The notes under the pieces are model-generated. The model was not told the DNA's origin, did no database searches, and was given only the letters and a program-made list of their open reading frames with translations. DNA of 64,000 bases from Eledone cirrhosa (taxonomy: Eukaryota), in assembly GCA_964016885.1 (NCBI GenBank), contig OZ024744.1:130944001-131008000 (forward strand), in the 5' to 3' direction. The position numbers and the translations under genes are program-made. Below, in pieces: positions 1-11,614 of this stretch (its first letter is position 1; each line of letters starts with the position of its first letter).

Positions 1-409
1 GTTAAGTCGGGGTTAAGTTAAGTTGGGGTTAAGTTAAGTTGGGGTTAAGTTAAGTTGGGGTTAAGTTAAGTTGGGGTTAAGTTAAGTTGGGTTTAAGTTA
101 AGTTGGGGTTAAGTCAAGTTGGGGTTAAGTTAAGTTGGGGTTAAGTTTAGTTGGTTAGTTAAGTTGAGTTTAAGTTAAGTTGGGGTTAATTTAAGTTGGA
201 GTTAAGTTAATATGGGGTTAAGTTAAGTTGGGGTTAAGTTAAGTTGGGGTTTAAGTTAAGTTGGGGTTAAGTTAAGTTGGGGTCAAGTTAAGTTGGGGTT
301 AAGTTAAGTTGGTTAGTTAAGTCGAGTTTAAGTTAAGTTGGGGTTAATTTAAGTTGGGGTTAAGTTAAGTTGGGGTTAAGTTAAGTTGGGGTTAAGTTAA
401 GTTGGGGTT

Positions 410-562
410 AACCCCAACTTAACTTAACCCCAACTTCACTCAACCCCAACGTAACTCAACCCCAACTTAACTTAACCCCAACTTCACTCAACCCCAACTT
501 AACTTAACCCCAACTTCACTCAACCCCAACTTATGTCAACCCCAACTTAACTTAAGCCCAAA
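410..562 (-). repeat. Inverted satellite cassette 1 (type C, 153 bp)
   Basis: AACTTAACTTAACCCC monomers between GGGGTT|AACCCC and GCCCAAAGTCGGGG; marker CTTATGTC. Confidence 0.95.
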
Positions 563-1278
563 GTCGGGGTTAAGTTAAGTTGGCGTTATGTTAAGTCAGG
601 CTTAACTTAAGTTGGGGTTCAGTTAAGTTGGGGGTAAGTTAAGTTGGGGGTAAGTTAAGTTGGGGTTAAGTTAAGTTGCGGTTAGGTTGGGGTTAAGTTA
701 AGTTAGGGTTAAGTTAAGTTGGGGTTGAGTTAAGTTGGGGTTAATTAAGTGGTGGTTATGTTAAGTTGGGGTTAATTTAAATTGGGGTTAAGTTAACATT
801 GTGGTTAAGTTAAGTTGGGGTTAAGTTAAGTTGGGGTTAAGTTGGGGTTGAGTTAAGTTGGGGTTGAGTGAAGTTGGGGTTAAGTTAAGTTGGGGTAAAG
901 TTAAGTTGGGGTTAAGTTAAGTCGGGGTTAAGTTAAGTTGTGGTTGAGTTAAGTTGGGGTTAATTTAAGTTGGGGCTAAGTTAATTTGTGGTTAAGTTAA
1001 GTTGGGGTTAAGTTAAGTTGGGGCTAAGTTAAGTTGGGGCTGAGTTAAGTTGGGGTTAAGTTAAATTGGGGTTAAGTTAAGTTGGGGTTAAGTTAAGTTG
1101 GGGTTAAGTTAAGTTGGGGTTTATTTAAGTTGGGGTTAAGTTAAGTTGGGGTTAAGTTAAGTTGGGGTTAAGTTAAGTTGGTTAGTTAAGTTGAGTTTAA
1201 GTTAAGTTGGGGTTAATTTAAGTTGGGGTTAAGTTAAGTTGGGGTTAAGTTAAGTTGGGGTTAAGTTAAGTTGGGGTT

Positions 1279-1454
1279 AACCCCAACTTAACTTAACCCC
1301 AACTTCACTCAACCCCAACGTAACTCAACCCCAACTTAACTTAACCCCAACTTCACTCAACCCCAACTTAACTTAACCCCAACTTCACTCAACCCGAACT
1401 TCCAACTTGACTTAACCCCAACTTAACTTAGCCCCAACTTAACTTAAGCCCAAA
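1279..1454 (-). repeat. Inverted cassette 2 (176 bp, 25-bp deletion form)
   Basis: Same junctions; marker AACTTCCAACTTGAC. Confidence 0.95.
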
Positions 1455-4067
1455 GTCGGGGTTAAGTTAAGTTGGCGTTAAGTTAAGTTAGGCTTAACTT
1501 AAGTTGGGGTTCAGTTAAGTTGGGGGTAAGTTAAGTTGGGGGTAAGTTAAGTTGGGGGTAAGTTAAGTTGGGGTTAAGTTAAGTTGCGGTTAAGTTGGGG
1601 TTAAGTTAAGTTAGGGTTAAGTTAAGTTGGGGTTGAGTTAAGTTGGGGTTAATTAAGTGGTGGTTATGTTAAGTTGGGGTTAAGTTAAGTTGGGGTTAAG
1701 TTAAGTTGGGGTTAAGTTAAGTTGGGGTAAAGTTGGGGTTGAGTTAAGTTGGGGTTGAGTGAAGTTGGGGTTAAGTTAAGTTGGGGTTAAGTTAAGTTGG
1801 GGTTAAGATAAGTCGGGGTTAAGTTAAGTTGTGGTTGAGTTAAGTTGGGGTTAATTTAAGTTGGGGCTAAGTTAATTTGTGGTTAAGTTAAGTTGGGGTT
1901 AAGTTAAGTTGGGGTTAAGTTAAGTTGGGGTTGAATTAAGTTGGGGTTGAGTTAATTTGGGGTTAAGTTAAGTTGGGGTTAAGTTAAGTTGGGTTTAAGT
2001 TAAGTTGGGGTTAAATTAAGTTGGGGTTAAATTAAGTTGGGGTTAAGTTAAGTTGGGGGTAAGTTAAGTTGGGGGCAAGTTAAGTTGGGGTTAATTTAAG
2101 TTGGGGTTAAATTAAGTTGGGGTTACGTTAAGTTGGTGTTAAGTTAAGTTGGGGTTAATTTAAGTTGGGGTTAATTAAGTTGGGGTTAAGTTAAGTTGGG
2201 GTTAAGTTAAGTTGGGGTTAATTTAAGTTGGGGTTGAGTTAAGTTGGGGTTAAGTTAAGTTGGGGTTAATTTAAGTTGGGGTTAAGTTAAGTTGGGGTTC
2301 AGTTAAGTTGGGGTTAAGTTAAGTTGGGGTTAAGTTAAGTTGAGGTTAAGTTAAGTTGGGGTTAAGTTAAGTTGGTGTTAAGTTAAGTTGGGGCTAAGTT
2401 AAGTTGGGGCTGAGTTAAGTTGGGGCTGAGTTAAGTTGGGGCTAAGTTAAGTTGGGGTTGAGTTAAGTTGGGGTTAAGTTAAGTTGGGGTTAAGTTAAGT
2501 TGGGGTTAAGTTAAGTTGGGGTTCAGTTAAGTTGGGGTTAAGTTAAGTTGGGGTTAAGTTAAGTTGAGGTTAAGTTAAGTTGGGGTTAAGTTAAGTTGGT
2601 GTTAAGTTAAGTTGGGGCTAAGTTAAGTTGGGGCTGAGTTAAGTTGGGGCTGAGTTAAGTTGGGGCTAAGTTAAGTTGGGGTTGAGTTAAGTTGGGGTTA
2701 AGTTAAGTTGGGGTTAAGTTAAGTTGGGGTTAAGTTAAGTTAGGTTTAAGTTAAGTTGGGGTTAAGTTAAGTTGGGGTTAAGTTAAGTTGGGGTTAAGTT
2801 AAGTTGGGGTTAAGTTAAGTTGGGGATAAGTTAAGTTGGGGATAATTTAAGTTGGGGTTAAGTTAAGTTGGGTTTAAGTTAAGTTGGGGTTAAGTTAAGT
2901 TGGGGTTAAGTTAAGTTGGGGCTAAGTTAAGTTGGGGCTGAGTTAAGTTGGGGTTAAGTTAAATTGGGGTTAAGTTAAGTTGGGGTTAAGTTAAGTTGGG
3001 GTTAAGTTAAGTTGGGGTTTATTTAAGTTGGGGTTAAGTTAAGTTGGGGTTCAGTTAAGTCGGGGTTCAGTTAAGTTGGGGTTAAGTTAAGTTGGGGTTT
3101 AGATGGGGTTAAATTAAGTTGGGGTTAAGTTAAGTTGGGGTTAAGTTAAGTTGGGGTTAAGCTAAGTTGGGGTTAAGTTAAGTCGGGGTTAAGTTAAGTC
3201 GGGGTTAAGTTAAGTTAGGGTTCAGTTAAGTTGGGGTTAAGTTAAGTTGGTGTTAAGTTAAGTTGGGGCTAAGTTAAGTTGGGGCTGAGTTAAGTTGGGG
3301 CTGAGTTAAGTTGGGGCTAAGTTAAGTTGGGGTTGAGTTAAGTTGGGGTTAAGTTAAGTTGGGGTTAAGTTAAGTTGGGGTTAAGTTAAGTTAGGTTTAA
3401 GTTAAGTTGGGGTTAAGTTAAGTTGGGGTTAAGTTAAGTTGGGGTTAAGTTAAGTTGGGGTTAAGTTAAGTTGGGGTTAAGTTAATTTGTGGTTAAGTTA
3501 AGTTGTGGTTAAGTTAAGTTGGGGTTAAGTTAAGTTGGGCTTAAGTTAAGTCGGGGTTAAGTTAAGTTGGGGTTAAGTTAAGTTGGGGTTAAGTTAAGTT
3601 GGGTTTAAGTTAAGTTGGGGTTAAGTTAAGTTGAGGTTAAGTTAAGTTGGGGTTAAATTAAGTTGGGGTTAAGTTAAGTTGGGGTTCAGTTAAGTTGGGG
3701 TTAAGTTAAGTTGGGGATAAGTTAAGTTGGGGTTGAGTGAAGTTGGGGTTAAGTTAAGTTGGGTTTAAGTTAAGTTGGGGTTAAGTTAAGTTGGGGTTAA
3801 GTTAAGTTGGGGCTAAGTTAAGTTGGGGCTGAGTTAAGTTGGGGTTAAGTTAAATTGGGGTTAAGTTAAGTTGGGGTTAAGTTAAGTTGGGGTTAAGTTA
3901 AGTTGGGGTTTATTTAAGTTGGGGTTAAGTTAAGTTGGGGTTAAGTTAAGTTGGGGTTAAGTTAAGTTGGTTAGTTAAGTTGAGTTTAAGTTAAGTTGGG
4001 GTTAATTTAAGTTGGGGTTAAGTTAAGTTGGGGTTAAGTTAAGTTGGGGTTAAGTTAAGTTGGGGTT

Positions 4068-4243
4068 AACCCAAACTTAACTTAACCCCAACTTCACTCA
4101 ACCCCAACGTAACTCAACCCCAACTTAACTTAACCCCAACTTCACTCAACCCCAACTTAACTTAACCCCAACTTCACTCAACCCCAACTTCCAACTTGAC
4201 TTAACCCCAACTTAACTTAGCCCCAACTTAACTTAAGCCCAAA
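4068..4243 (-). repeat. Inverted cassette 3 (176 bp, 25-bp deletion form)
   Basis: Left junction variant GGGGTTAACCCAAAC; marker AACTTCCAACTTGAC. Confidence 0.95.
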
Positions 4244-6568
4244 GTCGGGGTTAAGTTAAGTTGGCGTTAAGTTAAGTTAGGCTTAACTTAAGTTGGGGTT
4301 CAGTTAAGTTGGGGGTAAGTTAAGTTGGGGGTAAGTTAAGTTGGGGGTAAGTTAAGTTGGGGTTAAGTTAAGTTGCGGTTAAGTTGGGGTTAAGTTAAGT
4401 TAGGGTTAAGTTAAGTTGGGGTTGAGTTAAGTTGGGGTTAATTAAGTGGTGGTTATGTTAAGTTGGGGTTAAGTTAAGTTGGGGTTAAGTTAAGTTGGGG
4501 TTAAGTTAAGTTGGGGTAAAGTTGGGGTTGAGTTAAGTTGGGGTTGAGTGAAGTTGGGGTTAAGTTAAGTTGGGGTTAAGTTAAGTTGGGGTTAAGATAA
4601 GTCGGGGTTAAGTTAAGTTGTGGTTGAGTTAAGTTGGGGTTAATTTAAGTTGGGGCTAAGTTAATTTGTGGTTAAGTTAAGTTGGGGTTAAGTTAAGTTG
4701 GGGTTAAGTTAAGTTGGGGTTGAGTTAAGTTGGGGTTGAGTTAATTTGGGGTTAAGTTAAGTTGGGGTTAAGTTAAGTTGGGTTTAAGTTAAGCTGGGGT
4801 TAAATTAAGTTGGGGTTAAATTAAGTTGGGGTTAAGTTAAGTTGGGGGTAAGTTAAGTTGGGGGCAAGTTAAGTTGGGGTTAATTTAAGTTGGGGTTAAA
4901 TTAAGTTGGGGTTACGTTAAGTTGGTGTTAAGTTAAGTTGGGGTTAATTTAAGTTGGGGTTAATTAAGTTGGGGTTAAGTTAAGTTGGGGTTAAGTTAAG
5001 TTGGGGTTAATTTAAGTTGGGGTTGAGTTAAGTTGGGGTTAAGTTAAGTTGGGGTTATATTAAGTTGGGGTTAAGTTAAGTTGGGGTTCAGTTAAGTTGG
5101 GGTTAAGTTAAGTTGGGGTTAAGTTAAGTTGAGGTTAAGTTAAGTTGGGGTTAAGTTAAGTTGGTGTTAAGTTAAGTTGGGGCTAAGTTAAGTTGGGGCT
5201 GAGTTAAGTTGGGGCTGAGTTAAGTTGGGGCTAAGTGAAGTTGGGGTTGAGTTAAGTTGGGGTTAAGTTAAGTTGGGGTTAAGTTAAGTTGGGGTTAAGT
5301 TAAGTTAGGTTTAAGTTAAGTTGGGGTTAAGTTAAGTTGGGGTTAAGTTAAGTTGGGGTTAAGTTAAGTTGGGGTTAAGTTAAGTTGGGGTTAAGTTAAT
5401 TTGTGGTTAAGTTAAGTTGTGGTTAAGTTAAGTTGGGGTTAAGTTAAGTTGGGCTTAAGTTAAGTCGGGGTTAAGTTAAGTTGGGGTTAAGTTAAGTTGG
5501 GGTTAATTTAAGTTGGGGTTAAGTTAAGTTGGGGTTAAGTTAAGTTGGGTTTAAGTTAAGTTGGGGTTAAGTTAAGTTGAGGTTAAGTTAAGTTGGGGTT
5601 AAATTAAGTTGGGGTTAAGTTAAGTTGGGGTTAAGTTAAGTTGGGGTTAAGTTAAGTTGGGGATAAGTTAAGTTGGGGATAATTTAAGTTGGGGTTAAGT
5701 TAAGTTGGGTTTAAGTTAAGTTGGGGTTAAGTTAAGTTGGGGTTAAGTTAAGTTGGGGCTAAGTTAAGTTGGGGCTGAGTTAAGTTGGGGTTAAGTTAAA
5801 TTGGGGTTAAGTTAAGTTGGGGTTAAGTTAAGTTGGGGTTAAGTTAAGTTGGGGTTTATTTAAGTTGGGGTTAAGTTAAGTTGGGGTTCAGTTAAGTTGG
5901 GGTTCAGTTAAGTTGGGGTTAAGTTAAGTTGGGGTTTAGATGGGGTTAAATTAAGTTGGGGTTAAGTTAAGTTGGGGTTAAGTTAAGTTGGGGTTAAGCT
6001 AAGTTGGGGTTAAGTTAAGTCGGGGTTAAGTTAAGTCGGGGTTAAGTTAAGTTAGGGTTCAGTTAAGTTGGGGTTAAGTTAAGTTGGGGTTGAGTTAAGT
6101 TGGGGTTGAGTTAAGTTGGGGTTAAGTTAAGTTGGGGTTAAGTTAAGTTGCAGTTAAGTTAAGTTGAGGTTAAGTTAAGGTGCGGTTAAGTTAAGTTGGG
6201 GTTAAGTTAAGTTGGGGCTAAGTTAAGTTGGGGCTAAGTTAAGTTGGGGCTAAGTTAAGTTGGGGTTAAGTTAAGTCGGGGTTAAGTTAAGTTGGGGTTA
6301 AGTTAATTTGGGGTTAATTTAAGTTGGGGTTAAGTTAAGTTGGGGTTAAGTTAAGTTGGGGTTAAGTTAAGTTGGGGTTGAGTTAAGTTGGGTTTAAGTT
6401 AAGTTGGGGTTAAGTTAAGTTGGGGTCAAGTTAAGTTGGGGTTAAGTTAAGTTGGTTAGTTAAGTTGAGTTTAAGTTAAGTTGGGGTTAATTTAAGTTGG
6501 GGTTAAGTTAAGTTGGGGTTCAGTTAAGTTGGGGTTAAGTTAAGTTGGGGTTAAGTTAAGTTGGGGTT

Positions 6569-6705
6569 AACCCAAACTTAACTTAACCCCAACTTCACTC
6601 AACCCCAACGTAACTCAACCCCAACTTAACTTAACCCCAACTTCACTCAACCCCAACTTGACTTAACCCCAACTTAAATTAGCCCCAACTTAACCTAAGC
6701 CCAAA
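6569..6705 (-). repeat. Inverted cassette 4 (137 bp)
   Basis: Left junction variant GGGGTTAACCCAAAC; marker AAATTAGCCCC. Confidence 0.95.
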
Positions 6706-7496
6706 GTCGGGGTTAAGTTAAGTTGGCGTTATGTTAAGTCAGGCTTAACTTAAGTTGGGGTTCAGTTAAGTTAGGGGTAAGTTAAGTTGGGGGTAAGTTA
6801 AGTTGGGGTTAAGTTAAGTTGCGGTTAAGTTGGGGTTAAGTTAAGTTAGGGTTAAGTTAAGTTGGGGTTGAGTTAAGTTGGGGTTAATTAAGTGGTGGTT
6901 ATGTTAAGTTGGGGTTAATTTAAATTGGGGTTAAGTTAACTTTGTGGTTAAGTTAAGTTGGGGTTAAGTTAAGTTGGGGTTAAGTTGGGGTTGAGTTAAG
7001 TTGGGGTTGAGTGAAGTTGGGGTTAAGTTAAGTTGGGGTAAAGTTAAGTTGGGGTTAAGTTAAGTCGGGGTTAAGTTAAGTTGTGGTTGAGTTAAGTTGG
7101 GGTTAATTTAAGTTGGGGCTAAGTTAATTTGTGGTTAAGTTAAGTTGGGGTTGAGTTAAGTTGGGGTTAAGTTAAGTTGGGGTCAAGTTAAGTTGGGGTT
7201 AAGTTGGGGTTAAGTTAAGTTAGGTTTAAGTTAAGTTGGGGTTAAGTTAAGTTGGGGTTAAGTTAAGTTGGGGTTAAGTTAAGTTGGGGTTAAGTTAAGT
7301 TGGGGTTAAGTTAAATTGGGGTTAAGTTAAGTTGGGTTTAAGTTAAGTTGGGGTTAAGTTAAGTTGGGGTCAAGTTAAGTTGGGGTTAAGTTAAGTTGGT
7401 TAGTTAAGTTGAGTTTAAGTTAAGTTGGGGTTAATTTAAGTTGGGGTTAAGTTAAGTTGGGGTTAAGTTAAGTTGGGGTTAAGTTAAATTGGGGTT

Positions 7497-7697
7497 AACC
7501 CCAACTTAACTTAACCCCAACTTCACTCAACCCCAACGTAACTCAACCCCAACTTAACTTAACCCCAACTTCACTCAACCCCAACTTAACTTAACCCCAA
7601 CTTCACTCAACCGCAACTTAAGTCAACCCCAACTTAACTTAACCCCAACTTGACTTAACCCCAACTTAACTTAGCCCCAACTTAACTTAAGCCCAAA
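7497..7697 (-). repeat. Inverted cassette 5 (201 bp)
   Basis: Same junctions; followed by GTCGGGATT variant. Confidence 0.95.
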
Positions 7698-7895
7698 GTC
7701 GGGATTAAGTTAAGTTGGCGTTAAGTTAAGTTGGGGTTAAGTTAAGTTGGGTTTAAGTTAAGTTGGGGTTAAGTTAAGTTGGGGTCAAGTTAAGTTGGGG
7801 TTAAGTTAAGTTGGTTAGTTAAGTTGAGTTTAAGTTAAGTTGGGGTTAATTTAAGTTGGGGTTAAGTTAAGTTGGGGTTAAGTTAAGTTGGGGTT

Positions 7896-8048
7896 AACCC
7901 CAACTTAACTTAACCCCAACTTCACTCAACCCCAACTTAACTTAACCCCAACTTCACTCAACCCCAACTTAAGTCAACCCCAACTTAACTTAACCCCAAC
8001 TTGACTTAACCCCAACTTAAATTAGCCCCAACTTAACTTAAGCCCAAA
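7896..8048 (-). repeat. Inverted cassette 6 (153 bp)
   Basis: Same junctions; starts only 399 bp after cassette 5; marker AAATTAGCCCC. Confidence 0.95.
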
Positions 8049-8988
8049 GTCGGGGTTAAGTTAAGTTGGCGTTATGTTAAGTCAGGCTTAACTTAAGTTG
8101 GGGTTCAGTTAAGTTGGGGGTAAGTTAAGTTGGGGGTAAGTTAAGTTGGGGTTAAGTTAAGTTGCGGTTAAGTTGGGGTTAAGTTAAGTTAGGGTTAAGT
8201 TAAGTTGGGGTTGAGTTAAGTTGGGGTTAATTAAGTGGTGGTTATGTTAAGTTGGGGTTAATTTAAATTGGGGTTAAGTTAACTTTGTGGTTAAGTTAAG
8301 TTGGGGTTAAGTTAAGTTGGGGTTAAGTTGGGGTTGAGTTAAGTTGGGGTTGAGTGAAGTTGGGGTTAACTTAAGTTGGGGTAAAGTTAAGTTGGGGTTA
8401 AGTTAAGTCGGGGTTAAGTTAAGTTGTGGTTGAGTTAAGTTGGGGTTAATTTAAGTTGGGGCTAAGTTAATTTGTGGTTAAGTTAAGTTGGGGTTAAGTT
8501 AAGTTGGGGTTAAGTTAAGTTGGGGTTGAGTTAAGTTGGGGTTGAGTTAATTTGGGGTTAAGTTAAGTTGGGGTCAAGTTAAGTTGGGTTTAAGTTAAGT
8601 TGGGGTTAAATTAAGTTGGGGTTAAATTAAGTTGGGGTTAAGTTAAGTTGGGGGTAAGTTAAGTTGGGGGCAAGTTAAGTTGGGGCTAAGTTAAGTTGGG
8701 GTTAAATTAAGTTGGGGTTACGTTAAGTTGGTGTTAAGTTAAGTTGGGGTTAATTTAAGTTGGGGTTAAGTTAAGTTGGGGTTAAGTTAAGTTGGGGTTA
8801 AGTTAAGTTGGGGTTAAGTTAAGTTGGGTTTAAGTTAAGTTGGGGTTAAGTTAAGTTTGGGTCAAGTTAAGTTGGGGTTAAGTTAAGTTGGTTAGTTAAG
8901 TTGAGTTTAAGTTAAGTTGGGGTTAATTTAAGCTGGGGTTAAGTTAAGTTGGGGTTAAGTTAAGTTGGGGTTAAGTTAAGTTGGGGTT

Positions 8989-9189
8989 AACCCCAACTTA
9001 ACTTAACCCCAACTTCACTCAACCCCAACGTAACTCAACCCCAACTTAACTTAACCCCAACTTCACTCAACCCCAACTTAACTTAACCCCAACTTCACTC
9101 AACCCCAACTTAAGTCAACCCCAACTTAACTTAACCCCAACTTGACTTAACCCCAACTTAACTTAGCCCCAACTTAACTTAAGCCCAAA
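8989..9189 (-). repeat. Inverted cassette 7 (201 bp)
   Basis: Same junctions; followed by GTCGGGATT variant like cassette 5. Confidence 0.95.
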
Positions 9190-11486
9190 GTCGGGATTAA
9201 GTTAAGTTGGCGTTAAGTTAAGTTAGACTTAACTTAAGTTGGGGTTCAGTTAAGTTGGGAGTAAATTAAGTTGGGGGTAAGTTAAGTTGGGGTTAAGTTA
9301 AGTTGCGGTTAAGTTAGGGTTAAGTTAAGTTGGCGTTGAGTTAAGTTGGGGTTAATTAAGTGGTGGTTATGTTAAGTTGGGGTTAATTTAAATTGGGGTG
9401 AAGTTAACTTTGTGGTTAAGTTAATTTGGGGTTAAGTTAAGTTGGGGTTAAGTTGGGGTTGAGTTAAGTTGGGGTTGAGTGAAGTTGGGGTTAAGTTAAG
9501 TTGGGGTAAAGTTAAGTTGGGGTTAAGTTAAGTCGGGGTTAAGTTAAGTTGTGGTTGAGTTAAGTTGGGGTTAATTTAAGTTGGGGCTAAGTTAATTTGT
9601 GGTTAAGTTAAGTTGGGGTTAAGTTAAGTTGGGGTTAAGTTAAGTTGGGGTTAAGTTAAGTTGGGGTTAAGTTAAGTTGGGGTTAAGTTAAGTTGGTGTT
9701 AAGTTAAGTTGGGGTCAAGTTAAGTTGGGGTTAAGTTGGGGTTAAGTTAAGTTAGGTTTAAGTTAAGTTGGGGTTAAGTTAAGTTGGGGTTAAGTTAAGT
9801 TGGGGTTAAGTTAAGTTGGGGTTAAGTTAAATTGGGGTTAAGTTAAGTTGGGGCTAAGTTAAGTTGGGGCTAAGTTAAGTTGGGGTTAAGTTAAGTTGGG
9901 GTTAAGTTAAGTTGGGGTTAAGTTAAGTTGGGGTTAAGTTAAGTTGGTGTTAAGTTAAGTTGGGGCTAAGTTAAGTTGGGGCTGAGTTAAGTTGGGGCTA
10001 AGTTAAGTTGGGGTTAAGTTAAGTTGGGGTTGAGTTAAGTTGGGTTTAAGTTAAGTTGGGGTCAAGTTAAGTTGGGGTTAAGTTGGGGATAAGTTAAGTT
10101 AGGTTTAAGTTAAGTTGGGGTTAAGTTAAGTTGGGGTTAATTTAAGTTGGGGTTAAGTTAAGTTGGGGTTAAGTTAAGTTGGGGTTAAGTTAAGTCGGGG
10201 TTAAGTTAAGTCGGGGTTAAGTTAAGTTGGGGTTAAGTTAAGTTGGGGTTAAGTTAAGTTGGGGTTAAGTTAAGTTGGGGTTAAGTTAAGTTGGGGTTAA
10301 GTTAAGTTGAGGTTAAGTTAAGTTGGGGTTAAATTAAGTTGGGGTTAAGTTAAGTTGGGGTTAAGTTAAGTTGGGGTTAAGTTAAGTTGGGGTTAACTTA
10401 AGTTGGTTAGTTAAGTTGAGTTTAAGTTAAGTTGGGGTTAATTTAAGTTGGGGTTAAGTTAAGCTGGGGTTAAGTTAAGTTGGGGTTAAGTTAAGTTGGG
10501 GTTAATTTAAGTTGGGGTTAAGTTAAGTTGCGGGTAATTTAAGTTGGCGTTAAGTTAAGTTGGGGTTAAGTTAAGTTGGGGTTAAGTTAAGTTGGGGTTA
10601 AGTTAAGTTGGGGTTAATTTAAGTTGGGGTTAAGTTAAGTTGCGGGTAATTTAAGTTGGCGTTTAGTTAAGTTGGGGTTAAGTTAAGTTGGGGTTAAGTT
10701 AAGTTGGGGTTAAGTTAAGTTGGGGTTTATTTAAGTTGGGGTTAAGTTAAGTTGGGGTTCAGTTAAGTTGGGGTTCAGTTAAGTTGGGGTTAAGTTAAGT
10801 TGGGGTTAAGATGGGGTTAAATTACGTTGGAGTTAAGTTAAGTTGGGGTTAAGTTAAGTTGGGGTTAAGTTAAGTTGGGGTTAAGTTAAGTCGGGGTTAA
10901 TTTAAGTCGGGGTTAAGTTAAGTTAGGGTTCAGTTAAGTTGGGGTTAAGTTAAGTTGGGGTTGAGTTAGTTGGGGTCGAGTTAAATTGGGGTTGAGTTTA
11001 GTTGGGCTTGAGTTAAGTTGGTGTTGAGTTAAGTTGGGGTTAAGGTAAATTGGGGTTAATTTAAGTTGCAGTTAAGTTAAGTTGAGGTTAAGTTAAGGTG
11101 CGGTTAAGTTAAGTTGGGGTTAATTTAAGTTGGGGCTAAGTTAAGTTGGGGCTAAGTTAAGTTGGGGCTAAGTTAAGTTGGGGTTAAGTTAAGTTGGGGT
11201 TAAGTTAAGTCGGGGTTAAGTTAAGTTGGGGTTAAGTTAAGTTGGGGTTAATTTAAGTTGGGGTTAAGTTAAGTTGGGGTTAAGTTAAGTTGGGGTTAAG
11301 TTAAGTTGGGTTTAAGTTAAGTTGGGGTTAAGTTAAGTTGGGGTTAAGTTAAGTTGGGGTTAAGTTAAGTTGGTTAGTTAAGTTGAGTTTAAGTTAAGTT
11401 GGGGTTAATTTAAGTTGGGTTTAAGTTAAGTTGGGGTTAAGTTAAGTTGGGGTTAAGTTAAGTTGGGGTTAAGTTAAGTTGGGGTT

Positions 11487-11614
11487 AACCCCAACTTAAC
11501 TTAACCCCAACTTCACTCAACCCCAACTTAACTTAACCCCAACTTCACTCAACCCCAACTTCCAACTTGACTTAACCCCAACTTAACTTAGCCCCAACTT
11601 AACTTAAGCCCAAA
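11487..11614 (-). repeat. Inverted cassette 8 (type A, 128 bp)
   Basis: Marker AACTTCCAACTTGAC, no CGTA monomer, followed by TTTGCG. Confidence 0.95.

Noticed and set aside
404-415. Rho-independent terminators or promoters at the palindromes
   Set aside because: There is no loop, no U-tract and no associated gene. TATA-like and TTGA-like words are incidental monomer variants.
410-562. Cassettes as MITE or piggyBac-like TTAA insertions
   Set aside because: They have no terminal inverted repeats or target-site duplication of their own, consist of satellite sequence, and always share the same flanks, so they spread by segmental duplication.
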